From contig CAYVLJ010000001.1 in the NCBI GenBank assembly GCA_964452375.1, positions 2,703 to 47,009 on the forward strand: a stretch of 44,307 nucleotides of DNA. The letters run 5' to 3'. This DNA comes from an uncultured bacterium (GTDB taxonomy: Bacteria > Fidelibacterota > Fidelibacteria > Fidelibacterales > Fidelibacteraceae). Below are positions 8,301 through 15,196 of the stretch, piece after piece. Below the pieces are notes generated by a model. That model had not been told where the DNA came from and made no database searches. It saw nothing but the letters and a program-made list of their open reading frames with translations. The translations under genes and the position numbers were made by a program. The stretch's first letter is position 1; each line of letters begins with the position of its first letter.

Positions 8301-8812
8301 CCGTTGATATCGATGATGATACCCTGTATTATCAACTGCACTTTAGTGCGACAGATTTTGATTCTACGATCTATTTGATGAATACAGTCAATATGATTTT
8401 GGAAGACCTGACATTATTTCCCGCTGACACGACGATCTTGTGGTCGGTCAGCGTCAGTGATCCCGATGATAGTACGGTAACAGCACTTAATGCGCCTTTT
8501 TCATTTTGTGTCACGCATATTGAAGTTTCACTGGCTGAGCGCTTTCCAGAAGATTATGTCCTTCTGCCCTGTTATCCCAATCCCTTTAATCCCCAAACAA
8601 CAATAAGCTTTGGCTTACCGGAAAAAAGTTTTGTTAAAATCTCAGTGTTTGACCTAAACGGAAAACATATAAAAACACTTTTGAATAACATGATAGCAGC
8701 GGGCTTTCATAAAGTAAACTGGAATGCCGGAGATATGCCATCAGGAATATATATCATTGCGATCCATGCGGGGGAATTCGTTAATACGCAAAAAGTCGCC
8801 TTGTTGAAATGA
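5399..8812 (+). CDS. large T9SS-secreted surface protein (N-terminal ~7-blade propeller-like repeats, cadherin-like and FN3-like modules, T9SS C-terminal domain)
   Basis: Signal peptide. About seven repeats of roughly 45 aa of the form D..G..H(I/V)(V/A)(Y/F)...Y..N.SG.WS. A VTVGPVNDAPE cadherin-like strand and a LSWEPAVD FN3-like segment. C-terminus YPNPFNPQTTISF...PSGIYIIAIHAG...KVALLK is typical of a T9SS sorting domain. Confidence 0.8.
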   Translation: MNRNMFFKFFLMMLLYPLLLLSATWTHTDAATEPISTRPVICADPLGHLHIAWTANDPYGETLHYATNQSGDWTYAKQVAGGSSNTAYTPSITVDRYGFPYIVARFYSYNYNIRYFTNAFQTSSYWLGMTAMGNGHYHESSIEVDSENNAHVFAQEDTWGSNVFYQNHDLADVVIEGGTSQFFATAIDKNDVLHFLGSHENNIWYTYNDGTGWSTPDSIDQLEISTYHPSLFCDGDGNLHAVFASTNGIYYTNNVSGGWSVPEQVVTSGIFPNVAVDENGKAHIVYYTQVEYGGLFYVNNLSGSWSSGEFIASINTDASPATEDVAHVESKIALDLKNSTVNIVYIADGNTVKVAHTDDYDLRAIHQHDTTSTCVSLGTMPELDTLSTSVSGSIELMNFRISDASGDGLPTSIEEMVFQAGPGMSDDLVFNDVFQSVSLSCSDGSSSSCSVYGNKILAGTKDNIWKNVPDGGSLDFTLSGVFKDPLTDMDGKSLQVKINGLNEIIADTAGSAFSKTCADICSDTLLFRVVPDHFIFLNLGDDFYNENLIIGWWMQLQIVDAAGNVATGVSDVNVTLSAVELDGLTPTSLQLQSTETLTKTFTNGVVNWNNITYPASGQIRIQASCDLLTAASDTITVMPFNRTLLITADDTISDFLNSEGIAHDYYHEGNYQFPTASKIPAYDHILMCPSLNYAWYVDSTKIRSFLESGTDTSRKSMLAMGESGLGNVYDSPFAKDCFGATREQIFSHPGNGLTGVADDPVTDGIQLSVPAGNLYEIIPSPGGATAVLHEDQTDKTVGTRYDTPAFRTIMLTPEFRSISPDIGRSNLFSQIMAWFDSYVIPEYPPELADLPDINMTEDVIKRIPLSDWHAYVSDEDTPADSLQWIISGLNLLNYSIIHDTLILTPYENVFGMDTIFVTVSDGEYNDTDTVLVTVGPVNDAPEPFNLLLPTNGTVAPDTSSLLLSWEPAVDIDDDTLYYQLHFSATDFDSTIYLMNTVNMILEDLTLFPADTTILWSVSVSDPDDSTVTALNAPFSFCVTHIEVSLAERFPEDYVLLPCYPNPFNPQTTISFGLPEKSFVKISVFDLNGKHIKTLLNNMIAAGFHKVNWNAGDMPSGIYIIAIHAGEFVNTQKVALLK

Positions 8813-8925
8813 TTGAATCATAATAAAAAACGATGCATCCCGGAAGCTAAACGAAGAGTTGCTTATCCCGGATCGACCCAAATGCTGTCGAGTGTAATTT
8901 ATTAGTGGAATTATATCCGGATATT

Positions 8926-10206
8926 TTACTTTTTCTTTTTATCTTTGATCTTAACTTCAAGAATCTCATCCCACCTCGTTGTATATGATCTTGAGCGCAT
9001 ATTCTGTTTCAAGGCATGTTTGTCTTTCAAGCCTTGATCTGCGATCTTAAGAGTGTTTCGTCCGAATTTATCATTGACCAGGTCCAGCGCTTCAACCAGG
9101 CGATTGTCTTTGTCATTTAAAGTATTGTCCGTAAAAAGATCTTCCTGCAAAGCCTCCGCCTGCTGAAAATCCATCAAGATCACGCCGGCTTTTTTATAAT
9201 CGTAACCGGGTTTATATATCTTTTTTAACGCTTCTTTGGCTTGTTTTATCAGCACGATCGAGTTCTGCGTTGCCGGGAATTTTATAACGATGTTTCGCTT
9301 GTACTGCGGCAGATCCTCCCTGAAATAATTGGTATGAATGAATACCATCATCGAGGATGCGAAAGAATGCTGTTTCCTAAGTTTGACCGCACAGGTCGCG
9401 CAATGAGTGGCAACTGCCTGTTCCAGGTAATCATAATCCCGGATCATTTCTCCGAACGATCGTGCGGTGCAAATGGCTTTTTTGGGTTTTGTTGTCGATT
9501 CAAAGATCACGGAAGGTTCACCCTCGAGTTCTTTCTTGATCCTTAGTCCGACAACCGTCAATTCTCGAAGCACCAGATCGTCATTCAGGCGGATCAACTC
9601 ACCCGCGGTTTCAACACCCATCATGGCCAGTTTTTGTGTGGTCCTTCGTCCTATGCCCCAGACCTTCCCGACAGGGAATTCATTAAGAACCTTCTTGATT
9701 TGTCTTTGCTCTGAAAGCGCCATGCATCCTTTTAGAGCCGGATCTTTTTTTGCCAAATGAGTCGCGATCTTTGCCAGGGTCTTGGTTGGAGCAATACCGA
9801 TGCTGACGGGAATACCGGTGTACTTACCCACTAGATCTTTGAGATGCCGTGCTATCTTCAACATGGATATATCGTTGCCCTCTTCCAGTTCAAGAAAAGC
9901 TTCGTCGATGGAATATATCTCGATATCTTTTGAATACTCGCTCAAGATATTCATGACACGCCGGCTCATGTCGCCGTATAATGCAAAATTAGTGGAAAAG
10001 ACTTTCACGCCTTCTGCTTCGACCAATTGTTTATACTTGAAAGCAGGAGCACCCATGGGAATGCCGAGGGCTTTAGCCTCATTGGAACGTGCAATGACGC
10101 AACCGTCATTATTTGATAAAACAACAACGGGCTTCCCGTTCAGGTCGGGAGAAAATACTCGTTCACATGAGGCATAGAAGTTGTTGCAGTCGACAAGCGC
10201 GATCAT
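8926..10206 (-). CDS. umuC: Y-family translesion DNA polymerase V catalytic subunit UmuC
   Basis: N-terminus [18 protein letters not shown] and the overall Y-family layout. A 4-nt overlap with the upstream umuD. Confidence 0.9.
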   Translation of the reverse strand: MIALVDCNNFYASCERVFSPDLNGKPVVVLSNNDGCVIARSNEAKALGIPMGAPAFKYKQLVEAEGVKVFSTNFALYGDMSRRVMNILSEYSKDIEIYSIDEAFLELEEGNDISMLKIARHLKDLVGKYTGIPVSIGIAPTKTLAKIATHLAKKDPALKGCMALSEQRQIKKVLNEFPVGKVWGIGRRTTQKLAMMGVETAGELIRLNDDLVLRELTVVGLRIKKELEGEPSVIFESTTKPKKAICTARSFGEMIRDYDYLEQAVATHCATCAVKLRKQHSFASSMMVFIHTNYFREDLPQYKRNIVIKFPATQNSIVLIKQAKEALKKIYKPGYDYKKAGVILMDFQQAEALQEDLFTDNTLNDKDNRLVEALDLVNDKFGRNTLKIADQGLKDKHALKQNMRSRSYTTRWDEILEVKIKDKKKK

Positions 10207-10655
10207 TTTTTCATCTTCTTGATCACATAAGTAACAATGCCCCAGATAATGAAGTCATTATCTTCCCCAACTGGAATAGGGGCATAATCCTCATTTTCCG
10301 GCAGCAAATAGCAGGTGTTTTTTTCCACATGTACGCGTTTGACGGTAAAATCTCCGTCGATATAACATACCGCAATGGCATCGTTCTTTGGGTCCAGAGA
10401 ACGGTCGATCACTAAAACATCCCCATCGTGGATATCGATATTCTGCATCGAGTTCCCTTTAACGCGACCATAGAATGTGGCATTGGGATTTTTGATCAAT
10501 TCTTTGTTAAGATCCAGACTCATGTCTATGTAATCGTCAGCCGGAGAAGGGAATCCGGCTGAAATATTCTCAGCATACGGCAGTTCCATTTCGGAACCGC
10601 TGTCTGCGGTGTAAAAATCAATCTTATTGTGTTTTTTAATTCGCGAAAGTTTCAT
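10203..10655 (-). CDS. umuD: UmuD-like S24 self-cleaving peptidase (LexA/UmuD family)
   Basis: Ala-Gly cleavage site (NISAGFPSP), a Ser (GNSM) and Lys (TVKRV) catalytic dyad. Size is 150 aa with no N-terminal HTH domain. Translationally coupled to umuC. Confidence 0.85.
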   Translation of the reverse strand: MKLSRIKKHNKIDFYTADSGSEMELPYAENISAGFPSPADDYIDMSLDLNKELIKNPNATFYGRVKGNSMQNIDIHDGDVLVIDRSLDPKNDAIAVCYIDGDFTVKRVHVEKNTCYLLPENEDYAPIPVGEDNDFIIWGIVTYVIKKMKK

Positions 10656-10718
10656 TTCTCTATTCCACCCTTACTCCAATACTCCCGTACTCCACTCCGA
10701 ACCCCGATCTCCGAACTC
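10656..10718 (-). repeat. 63-nt umuD leader packed with GGAG(T) motifs (ACTCC on + strand)
   Basis: The minus-strand reading is TAGGAGTTCGGAGATCGGGGTTCGGAGTGGAGTACGGGAGTATTGGAGTAAGGGTGGAATAGAGAAATG. It contains six GGAG occurrences, five of them as GGAGT. Confidence 0.6.
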
Positions 10719-11066
10719 CTAAACTCGATTATAATCATCTTCGTAGCGAATGATATCATCTTCACCGAAATACTCACCGCATTGGACCTCGATCACAACA
10801 GCCGGTTCCTTTCCGGGATTCTCCATACGGTGCTTCGCCTTTTTGGCAATGAACACATGATCGCCGGGTTGGTGATCCTTAACGGTTTTATCGATGGTAA
10901 TACGCATTACACCTTCAGTTACGACCCAGTGTTCCGAACGTTTTTTATGTGATTGAAGTGACAATCTCTCACCCGGCTTAACAGTGATCTTTTTTACTTT
11001 ACAGGCATCATCGTCAAGCAAAACCTCAAATTTTCCCCATGGACGTTCCTCAACATAATGGCTCAC
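10719..11066 (-). CDS. cupin-domain protein (type II phosphomannose isomerase C-terminal cupin-like)
   Basis: ERPWGKFEVL...KKITVKPGERLSLQSHKKRSEHWVV...G matches the cupin signature of mannose-6-phosphate isomerase type II. Confidence 0.75.
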   Translation of the reverse strand: MSHYVEERPWGKFEVLLDDDACKVKKITVKPGERLSLQSHKKRSEHWVVTEGVMRITIDKTVKDHQPGDHVFIAKKAKHRMENPGKEPAVVIEVQCGEYFGEDDIIRYEDDYNRV

Positions 11067-11067
11067 G

Positions 11068-12030
11068 TTATTCTCCTTCGATTTCCACTTTTTCTTTTTG
11101 CGGTTTACGTCTGACGATCATAAAGAAGGCCAGCAGTAAAACGGCTGCTGAAAGATATTGAATTCCATTCAAGGTGTTTTTGTTTATTATGAAATCAAGA
11201 ATTACGGCTGATAGCGGCCAGACCAACTCAAAAATTGTCGCTACGGATGCAGGAATACGCTTTAGTCCGAAATAGTAAATGAACATGGACATCGCACCGC
11301 TGGTAAATACGATCACGATCAGCAGTTTCCAGTGAATGGGCTGCATGCTTGGGACGGAATTTAATTGGCCGGCAATAAGAATAAAGATCAATGCCAAAAC
11401 TGTGGTACTGCCAAAACGCATGGAAGTAGCGGTTGGGAAACTCACTTCATTTGTAAAGCGTTTGCCAAAAACCGTGGATGAGCCAAAAGCAAAAGCAGCC
11501 AAAAAGGCATAACCTGCTGCCGGATCTATCAAACGGATATCCGTTATTTTCAGTCCACCATGCTGTGAGAATGAAAGAACATACGCTGCCAGAATAGCCA
11601 AGACCGCCCAGATATAGAAATCTTTCCTAAGCTTTTCTTTAAGTATAATCCTGGCAAGAAGCAAAGCGAAAACTGGTTGTAATTTCTGAAGGATCACAAC
11701 CGTCGCCAATGTTGTTCCGGAACTGGGGTCAAAAGCGGCAAAAAATGCTTTTGTAATAAAGAGCGTTCCCAGCAATCCTCCCCAAATCGAGACCCAGACC
11801 AATGATCCCCAGCCGGCGGGAGACAGTTCACGAATTTCTTTTCTTCCTCGGATAAGAAAAGGTATAAGCACAAGAAAGCCGAAAGCATGTTCAAAAAATA
11901 CGACAAGTCCGGCGGGCAGTTCATAGAATTTTGGACGAATAAAAACGCCGTCAAGACTCCAAAGCAAAGCCGCCAAGCCAACGGCCAGTGCTCCGATAAG
12001 CAAAGTGATGTTTATTTTTGTTTTTTTCAT
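11068..12030 (-). CDS. EamA/DMT-family transporter
   Basis: About 10 TM segments in two repeated halves, size 320 aa. Typical drug/metabolite transporter composition. Confidence 0.8.
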   Translation of the reverse strand: MKKTKINITLLIGALAVGLAALLWSLDGVFIRPKFYELPAGLVVFFEHAFGFLVLIPFLIRGRKEIRELSPAGWGSLVWVSIWGGLLGTLFITKAFFAAFDPSSGTTLATVVILQKLQPVFALLLARIILKEKLRKDFYIWAVLAILAAYVLSFSQHGGLKITDIRLIDPAAGYAFLAAFAFGSSTVFGKRFTNEVSFPTATSMRFGSTTVLALIFILIAGQLNSVPSMQPIHWKLLIVIVFTSGAMSMFIYYFGLKRIPASVATIFELVWPLSAVILDFIINKNTLNGIQYLSAAVLLLAFFMIVRRKPQKEKVEIEGE

Positions 12031-12031
12031 T

Positions 12032-12937
12032 TTACTTCTTCCCTTTCTGTATATCCATTATTCTTTCCAGTTTTTTTGATTCCGCTTCCAGCCATTTTTT
12101 GAATGAATCCACATCCCCCTTGTTGCGAATTTCGGCCAATACCTGCATTCCGGGCGTTTCAAAATTCTCGTCAATTCGCAATTTAACACCCTTGGATAAA
12201 GAAATATTATTCAAATGATCACTCATTTGTTTTCTAAAATTCGCGATCGTCGGGTATCTCATTTCATACAGCGATCGGCGTATTTCCTGAAGCTTTTGTG
12301 ATGATGACATTTCTTCATTTTCTGGCGTTTGTTGCAGTGAAGAGTTTTTCCATACATCGCCGACTGAGATCTTTTTTATTATACTGATATCTTGTAAAAG
12401 CGTTGCAATGGATTCCAACAGGTTAATTCCCGGATTCATTTCAAGCAGGGGATCTAAAAGCTTCCGGATGTCGGGGTTCGAAAAACGCAGGATGCGTTTT
12501 AAAGGAACGTTTTTAGAAATTAAATAGTATTTCCAATTCTTTTCATAATAGTTCAGTATTTCAATGTTGTCCCACTGATGTTTCCCGATCCCCATTTTTT
12601 TTGACCATACTTCTTTATTATGATCGGGGGCATATTTTTCAAGCAGACGCATGAATTTCGCAAGGTCGAAGTGGTGATGCTGCTGACTTAGCTTCAGCAT
12701 ATCAGATAATACGGATTCATATGTGCTGTCTTCCGAATAAACCAAAGCATGAATAACACCCGATCCTTTTTTTATTTTTTTATTCAACAATACGGGAATA
12801 TAGCGTTTTCCGTTTTTCCAGAATACCGGTAATTCATTGGGCTTATCCGTTTCAATATCATGATAGCCGTCATGGTAATCAAAGCGCTTATCGTTAAAAT
12901 CAATGCTGTCTGAGTCTATGGTTTTGTACTCTCGCAT
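12032..12937 (-). CDS. hypothetical protein (orphan; weak ParB/Srx-like N-terminal opening)
   Basis: A long ORF tightly packed with the downstream EamA gene (1-nt gap), highly charged and lacking TM segments. The opening YKTIDSDSIDFNDKRF loosely resembles ParB-N-type domains. No confident family assignment. Confidence 0.6.
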   Translation of the reverse strand: MREYKTIDSDSIDFNDKRFDYHDGYHDIETDKPNELPVFWKNGKRYIPVLLNKKIKKGSGVIHALVYSEDSTYESVLSDMLKLSQQHHHFDLAKFMRLLEKYAPDHNKEVWSKKMGIGKHQWDNIEILNYYEKNWKYYLISKNVPLKRILRFSNPDIRKLLDPLLEMNPGINLLESIATLLQDISIIKKISVGDVWKNSSLQQTPENEEMSSSQKLQEIRRSLYEMRYPTIANFRKQMSDHLNNISLSKGVKLRIDENFETPGMQVLAEIRNKGDVDSFKKWLEAESKKLERIMDIQKGKK

Positions 12938-13140
12938 ATCAACGAAATACTACACAAAATTTTTATTTTTAAAAAGTAAATTATCGCTTAAAGATCAAGA
13001 CCTTATATCATTCCAAACTGAACTCTTTACACTTTTGTCATGATCTTCGGATTATCATTGAATTTCAACAAGCTCGAAAATCAAAAAAATATTGTCTTTT
13101 TATAAAATTGACTGTAAGTTGGTATTGATCTTTGAATTAA

Positions 13141-13310
13141 ACTTGCGGTCAGTATTTTTTTGAATCAACAGTAAAAAATTGGGAGCCCAAGCTCATACCG
13201 GCGGAAATCAGGCCTTTCCTACTACGCCAAGGCTTCGTAGGATCAAGGAAGATTGAACCCGGCGGCAGGCACCCACCGTGTAAAACGGGTTCATTAAATA
13301 AACCGCAAGT
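13141..13310. other. 170-nt GC-rich element closed by imperfect inverted-repeat arms (candidate structured sRNA or MITE-like element)
   Basis: ACTTGCGGT (13141-13149) is the exact reverse complement of ACCGCAAGT (13302-13310). The helix can be extended by TATTT/AAATA and TGAATC/GGTTCA. Internal hairpins are GAGC-CCAA-GCTC (13183-13194) and GGAAA-TCAGGCC-TTTCC (13203-13219). A T-run follows at 13310-13316. Confidence 0.3.
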
Positions 13311-13316
13311 TTTTTT

Positions 13317-13349
13317 ATTGTCTTGAAAAACCCTGTTTTTCAAGACAAT
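13317..13349. repeat. perfect 15-bp inverted repeat (hairpin/palindromic site) with 3-nt centre
   Basis: ATTGTCTTGAAAAAC (13317-13331), CCT, then GTTTTTCAAGACAAT (13335-13349). It is preceded, not followed, by a T-run on the + strand, so it is not a canonical terminator in either orientation. Confidence 0.8.
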
Positions 13350-13512
13350 TATCCATCATAGCCCTTAGAAGCTTTAGCGAAGAGGGGGCAAAGGCAGATA
13401 GTCTATATTTTTACTTAATGATCTTTCCCGGCTTCTGCAAAATAGGATACACAGCAAATTTAACCAGGTATATTTCGTTTCATCCCTTCATTAAAACACC
13501 TCTTACAAGGTT

Positions 13513-13551
13513 TTACGATTTACGTCTTACGCCTTACGTCTAACGTCTTAC
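13513..13551. repeat. heptamer tandem repeat (TTACGTC)n, about 5.5 copies
   Basis: TTACGAT TTACGTC TTACGCC TTACGTC TAACGTC TTAC, read directly in the dnaA-upstream intergenic region. Confidence 0.85.
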
Positions 13552-13613
13552 TTTTATACAATATTTTTCTTGTTTTTTTCTTATGTTTGACTTAAGTTTT
13601 AATATACATGGCA

Positions 13614-13787
13614 TGTGTATAACCTGTGGATAATTGAAATATCAACGCTTAGAAAACTGTTTATTGTTTTTTCATTCCGAACAAATATTTCCTATAAGTG
13701 TTTGTTTTTTATGAAACAATAATACTACTCGGGGTGTGTAAAAACTGTTGGTATAATGTGGATAACTATGGTTTAGGGTGTGGATAA
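13614..13787. promoter_or_regulatory. DnaA-box cluster / candidate oriC and dnaA autoregulatory region
   Basis: Perfect TGTGGATAA (complement of TTATCCACA) at 13625-13633, 13757-13765 and 13779-13787. Degenerate boxes are TGTGTATAA at 13614-13622 and TGTGTAAAA at 13735-13743. All are in the same orientation. AT-rich tracts at about 13552-13612 and 13640-13725 are candidate unwinding regions. Confidence 0.7.
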
Positions 13788-15192
13788 CTTAAATTTTGAT
13801 GATCGTGTAACAGAAGGGATACAATGGGAAGCTTGTTTAAAGGATCTTGAGGGTTCTTTAAACCCCCAATCCTTCTCATCGTGGTTTTCACCATTGCAAT
13901 TTTGCTCAAATGAAAATGACGTGCTAACCTTGGCGGCGCCGAATAAATTTCATATTGAATTTATTGAATATAATTACTGGGATACCTTATCCCCGATCAT
14001 TGATAAGCATTTTCCTTCCAATAAAAAGGTCCAATTCATTATCAACACCCGGCTTCAGTCGGAAAGAGATATATCCGGAACGGTACAAGAAAACGTATCG
14101 CGGCAAAAGGAACAGGATACTATGTCCATTCCCAAGGCTGAGCCACCTAAACCCGATGTTTATTCGACTTTCAACAGTCGTTTTACTTTTGAAGAATTTG
14201 TGGAGGGGCCGCACAACCAATTTGCCAAGGTTGCGGCCTCTTCTGTTTCTGAAAATCCCGGACGCACTTATAACCCGCTTTTCATTTATGGCGGTACAGG
14301 GCTTGGAAAAACCCATTTGCTTCAGGCGATCGGCAACAGAGCATATGCAAGAAATCCCTACAGCCGGGTTATCTATGTTTCTATTGACACTTTCATGCGC
14401 GACTTTATTGACGCCATAAAGAACAATAAAAAAAATGACTTTAGTTTGTTGTATAAACAGGCAGATATCCTGCTCGTGGACGATGTTCAGTTCTTAAAGT
14501 CAAGAGAAGGGACACAGGAGCAGTTCTTTCACATATTTAACGATTTGCTCCAGCGAGATAAACAAATTGTTATTACTTCGGACAGGCCTCCGAAGGAGTT
14601 AGAGGGTTTGGAAGAACGCCTTGTGTCCCGTTTTCTTTCCGGTTTGATGGTCGATGTTCAGGCACCTGATCTGGAATCCCGGATCGCCATTCTTCAACAT
14701 AAGACTATCATGGAAAACCTGGATATACCCTATGAGGTCATTGAATTCATTGCTCAGAACGTTTCCTCCAATATCCGCGAATTGGAAGGAACTTTAACGA
14801 CCATGCTTGCCCGTTCTTCTCTTAATCATATTGATATTACGCTCGGCCTTGCGAAATCCGTTTTGATGGACATGAAAGGTGTTAAGCGAGATAGAATTAT
14901 TTCTATAGACACGGTGCAAAAGGTTGTAACGCGTTATTACAAAGTTTCTGAAAATGAGATCATCGGTAAAGGTCGTCGTAAAGAAGTTGCTTTGGCAAGA
15001 CAGGTCATGATGTACCTTTGCAGAGAGATGTGCAACGCTTCTTTAAAGACTATCGGACTGCGCCTTGGTGGGCGGGACCATACCACGGTTATGTATGGTG
15101 TTCGCGAGATCGGCAAGCGCACCCGGAATGATGAAGCATTTAAAAAAGAAGTTGCGCTCATTACGCAGCAGATCGAATTCGAAGGCGATTAA
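13780..15192 (+). CDS. dnaA: chromosomal replication initiator protein DnaA
   Basis: N-terminal WEACLKDLEGSLNPQSFSSWFSPL, Walker A GGTGLGKTHLL, Walker B LLVDDVQF, and a C-terminal DNA-binding domain (GGRDHTTVMYG). The GTG start lies inside a perfect DnaA box. Confidence 0.95.
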   Translation: MDNLNFDDRVTEGIQWEACLKDLEGSLNPQSFSSWFSPLQFCSNENDVLTLAAPNKFHIEFIEYNYWDTLSPIIDKHFPSNKKVQFIINTRLQSERDISGTVQENVSRQKEQDTMSIPKAEPPKPDVYSTFNSRFTFEEFVEGPHNQFAKVAASSVSENPGRTYNPLFIYGGTGLGKTHLLQAIGNRAYARNPYSRVIYVSIDTFMRDFIDAIKNNKKNDFSLLYKQADILLVDDVQFLKSREGTQEQFFHIFNDLLQRDKQIVITSDRPPKELEGLEERLVSRFLSGLMVDVQAPDLESRIAILQHKTIMENLDIPYEVIEFIAQNVSSNIRELEGTLTTMLARSSLNHIDITLGLAKSVLMDMKGVKRDRIISIDTVQKVVTRYYKVSENEIIGKGRRKEVALARQVMMYLCREMCNASLKTIGLRLGGRDHTTVMYGVREIGKRTRNDEAFKKEVALITQQIEFEGD

Positions 15193-15196
15193 AGAC

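Noticed and set aside
8907-8918. The 12-bp palindrome ATATCCGGATAT after umuC as a terminator.
   Set aside because: The stem is only 4 bp once a loop is allowed and there is no U-tract. It is too weak to call.
10656-10718. A canonical LexA/SOS operator upstream of umuD.
   Set aside because: No CTGT-N8-ACAG or GAAC-N4-GTTC motif is present. The GTTC direct repeats have N10 spacing rather than the alphaproteobacterial N7. I therefore reported this only as an unusual leader.
13245-13270. A tRNA/tmRNA-like GGGTTCAATC T-loop-looking motif on the minus strand.
   Set aside because: The flanking bases cannot form the 5-bp T-stem. No acceptor stem or CCA context is present, and no cloverleaf can be drawn.
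13141-13310. Assignment of the structured element to SRP RNA, RNase P RNA, 6S RNA or a TPP/FMN/B12 riboswitch.
   Set aside because: The conserved cores I know were not found on either strand. These are the SRP GGAA tetraloop with AGCAGC, the RNase P GAGGAAAGUCC, the thi-box CUGAGA, the FMN and the B12 boxes. 6S RNA has too little primary conservation to call by eye, so the element is left unassigned.
13149-13343. A 64-aa minus-strand ORF in the origin-proximal spacer.
   Set aside because: It lies entirely across the inverted-repeat-closed GC-rich element and the 15-bp palindrome. It has no RBS and no recognisable family or composition signal. The nucleotide-level structure explains the region better.
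12938-13780. rpmH/rnpA or dnaN expected next to dnaA.
   Set aside because: I translated the short candidate starts by eye (for example MKRNIPG-stop on the minus strand near 13480). No L34-like Arg/Lys-rich 44-aa ORF is present. Downstream of dnaA lies bcp on the opposite strand.
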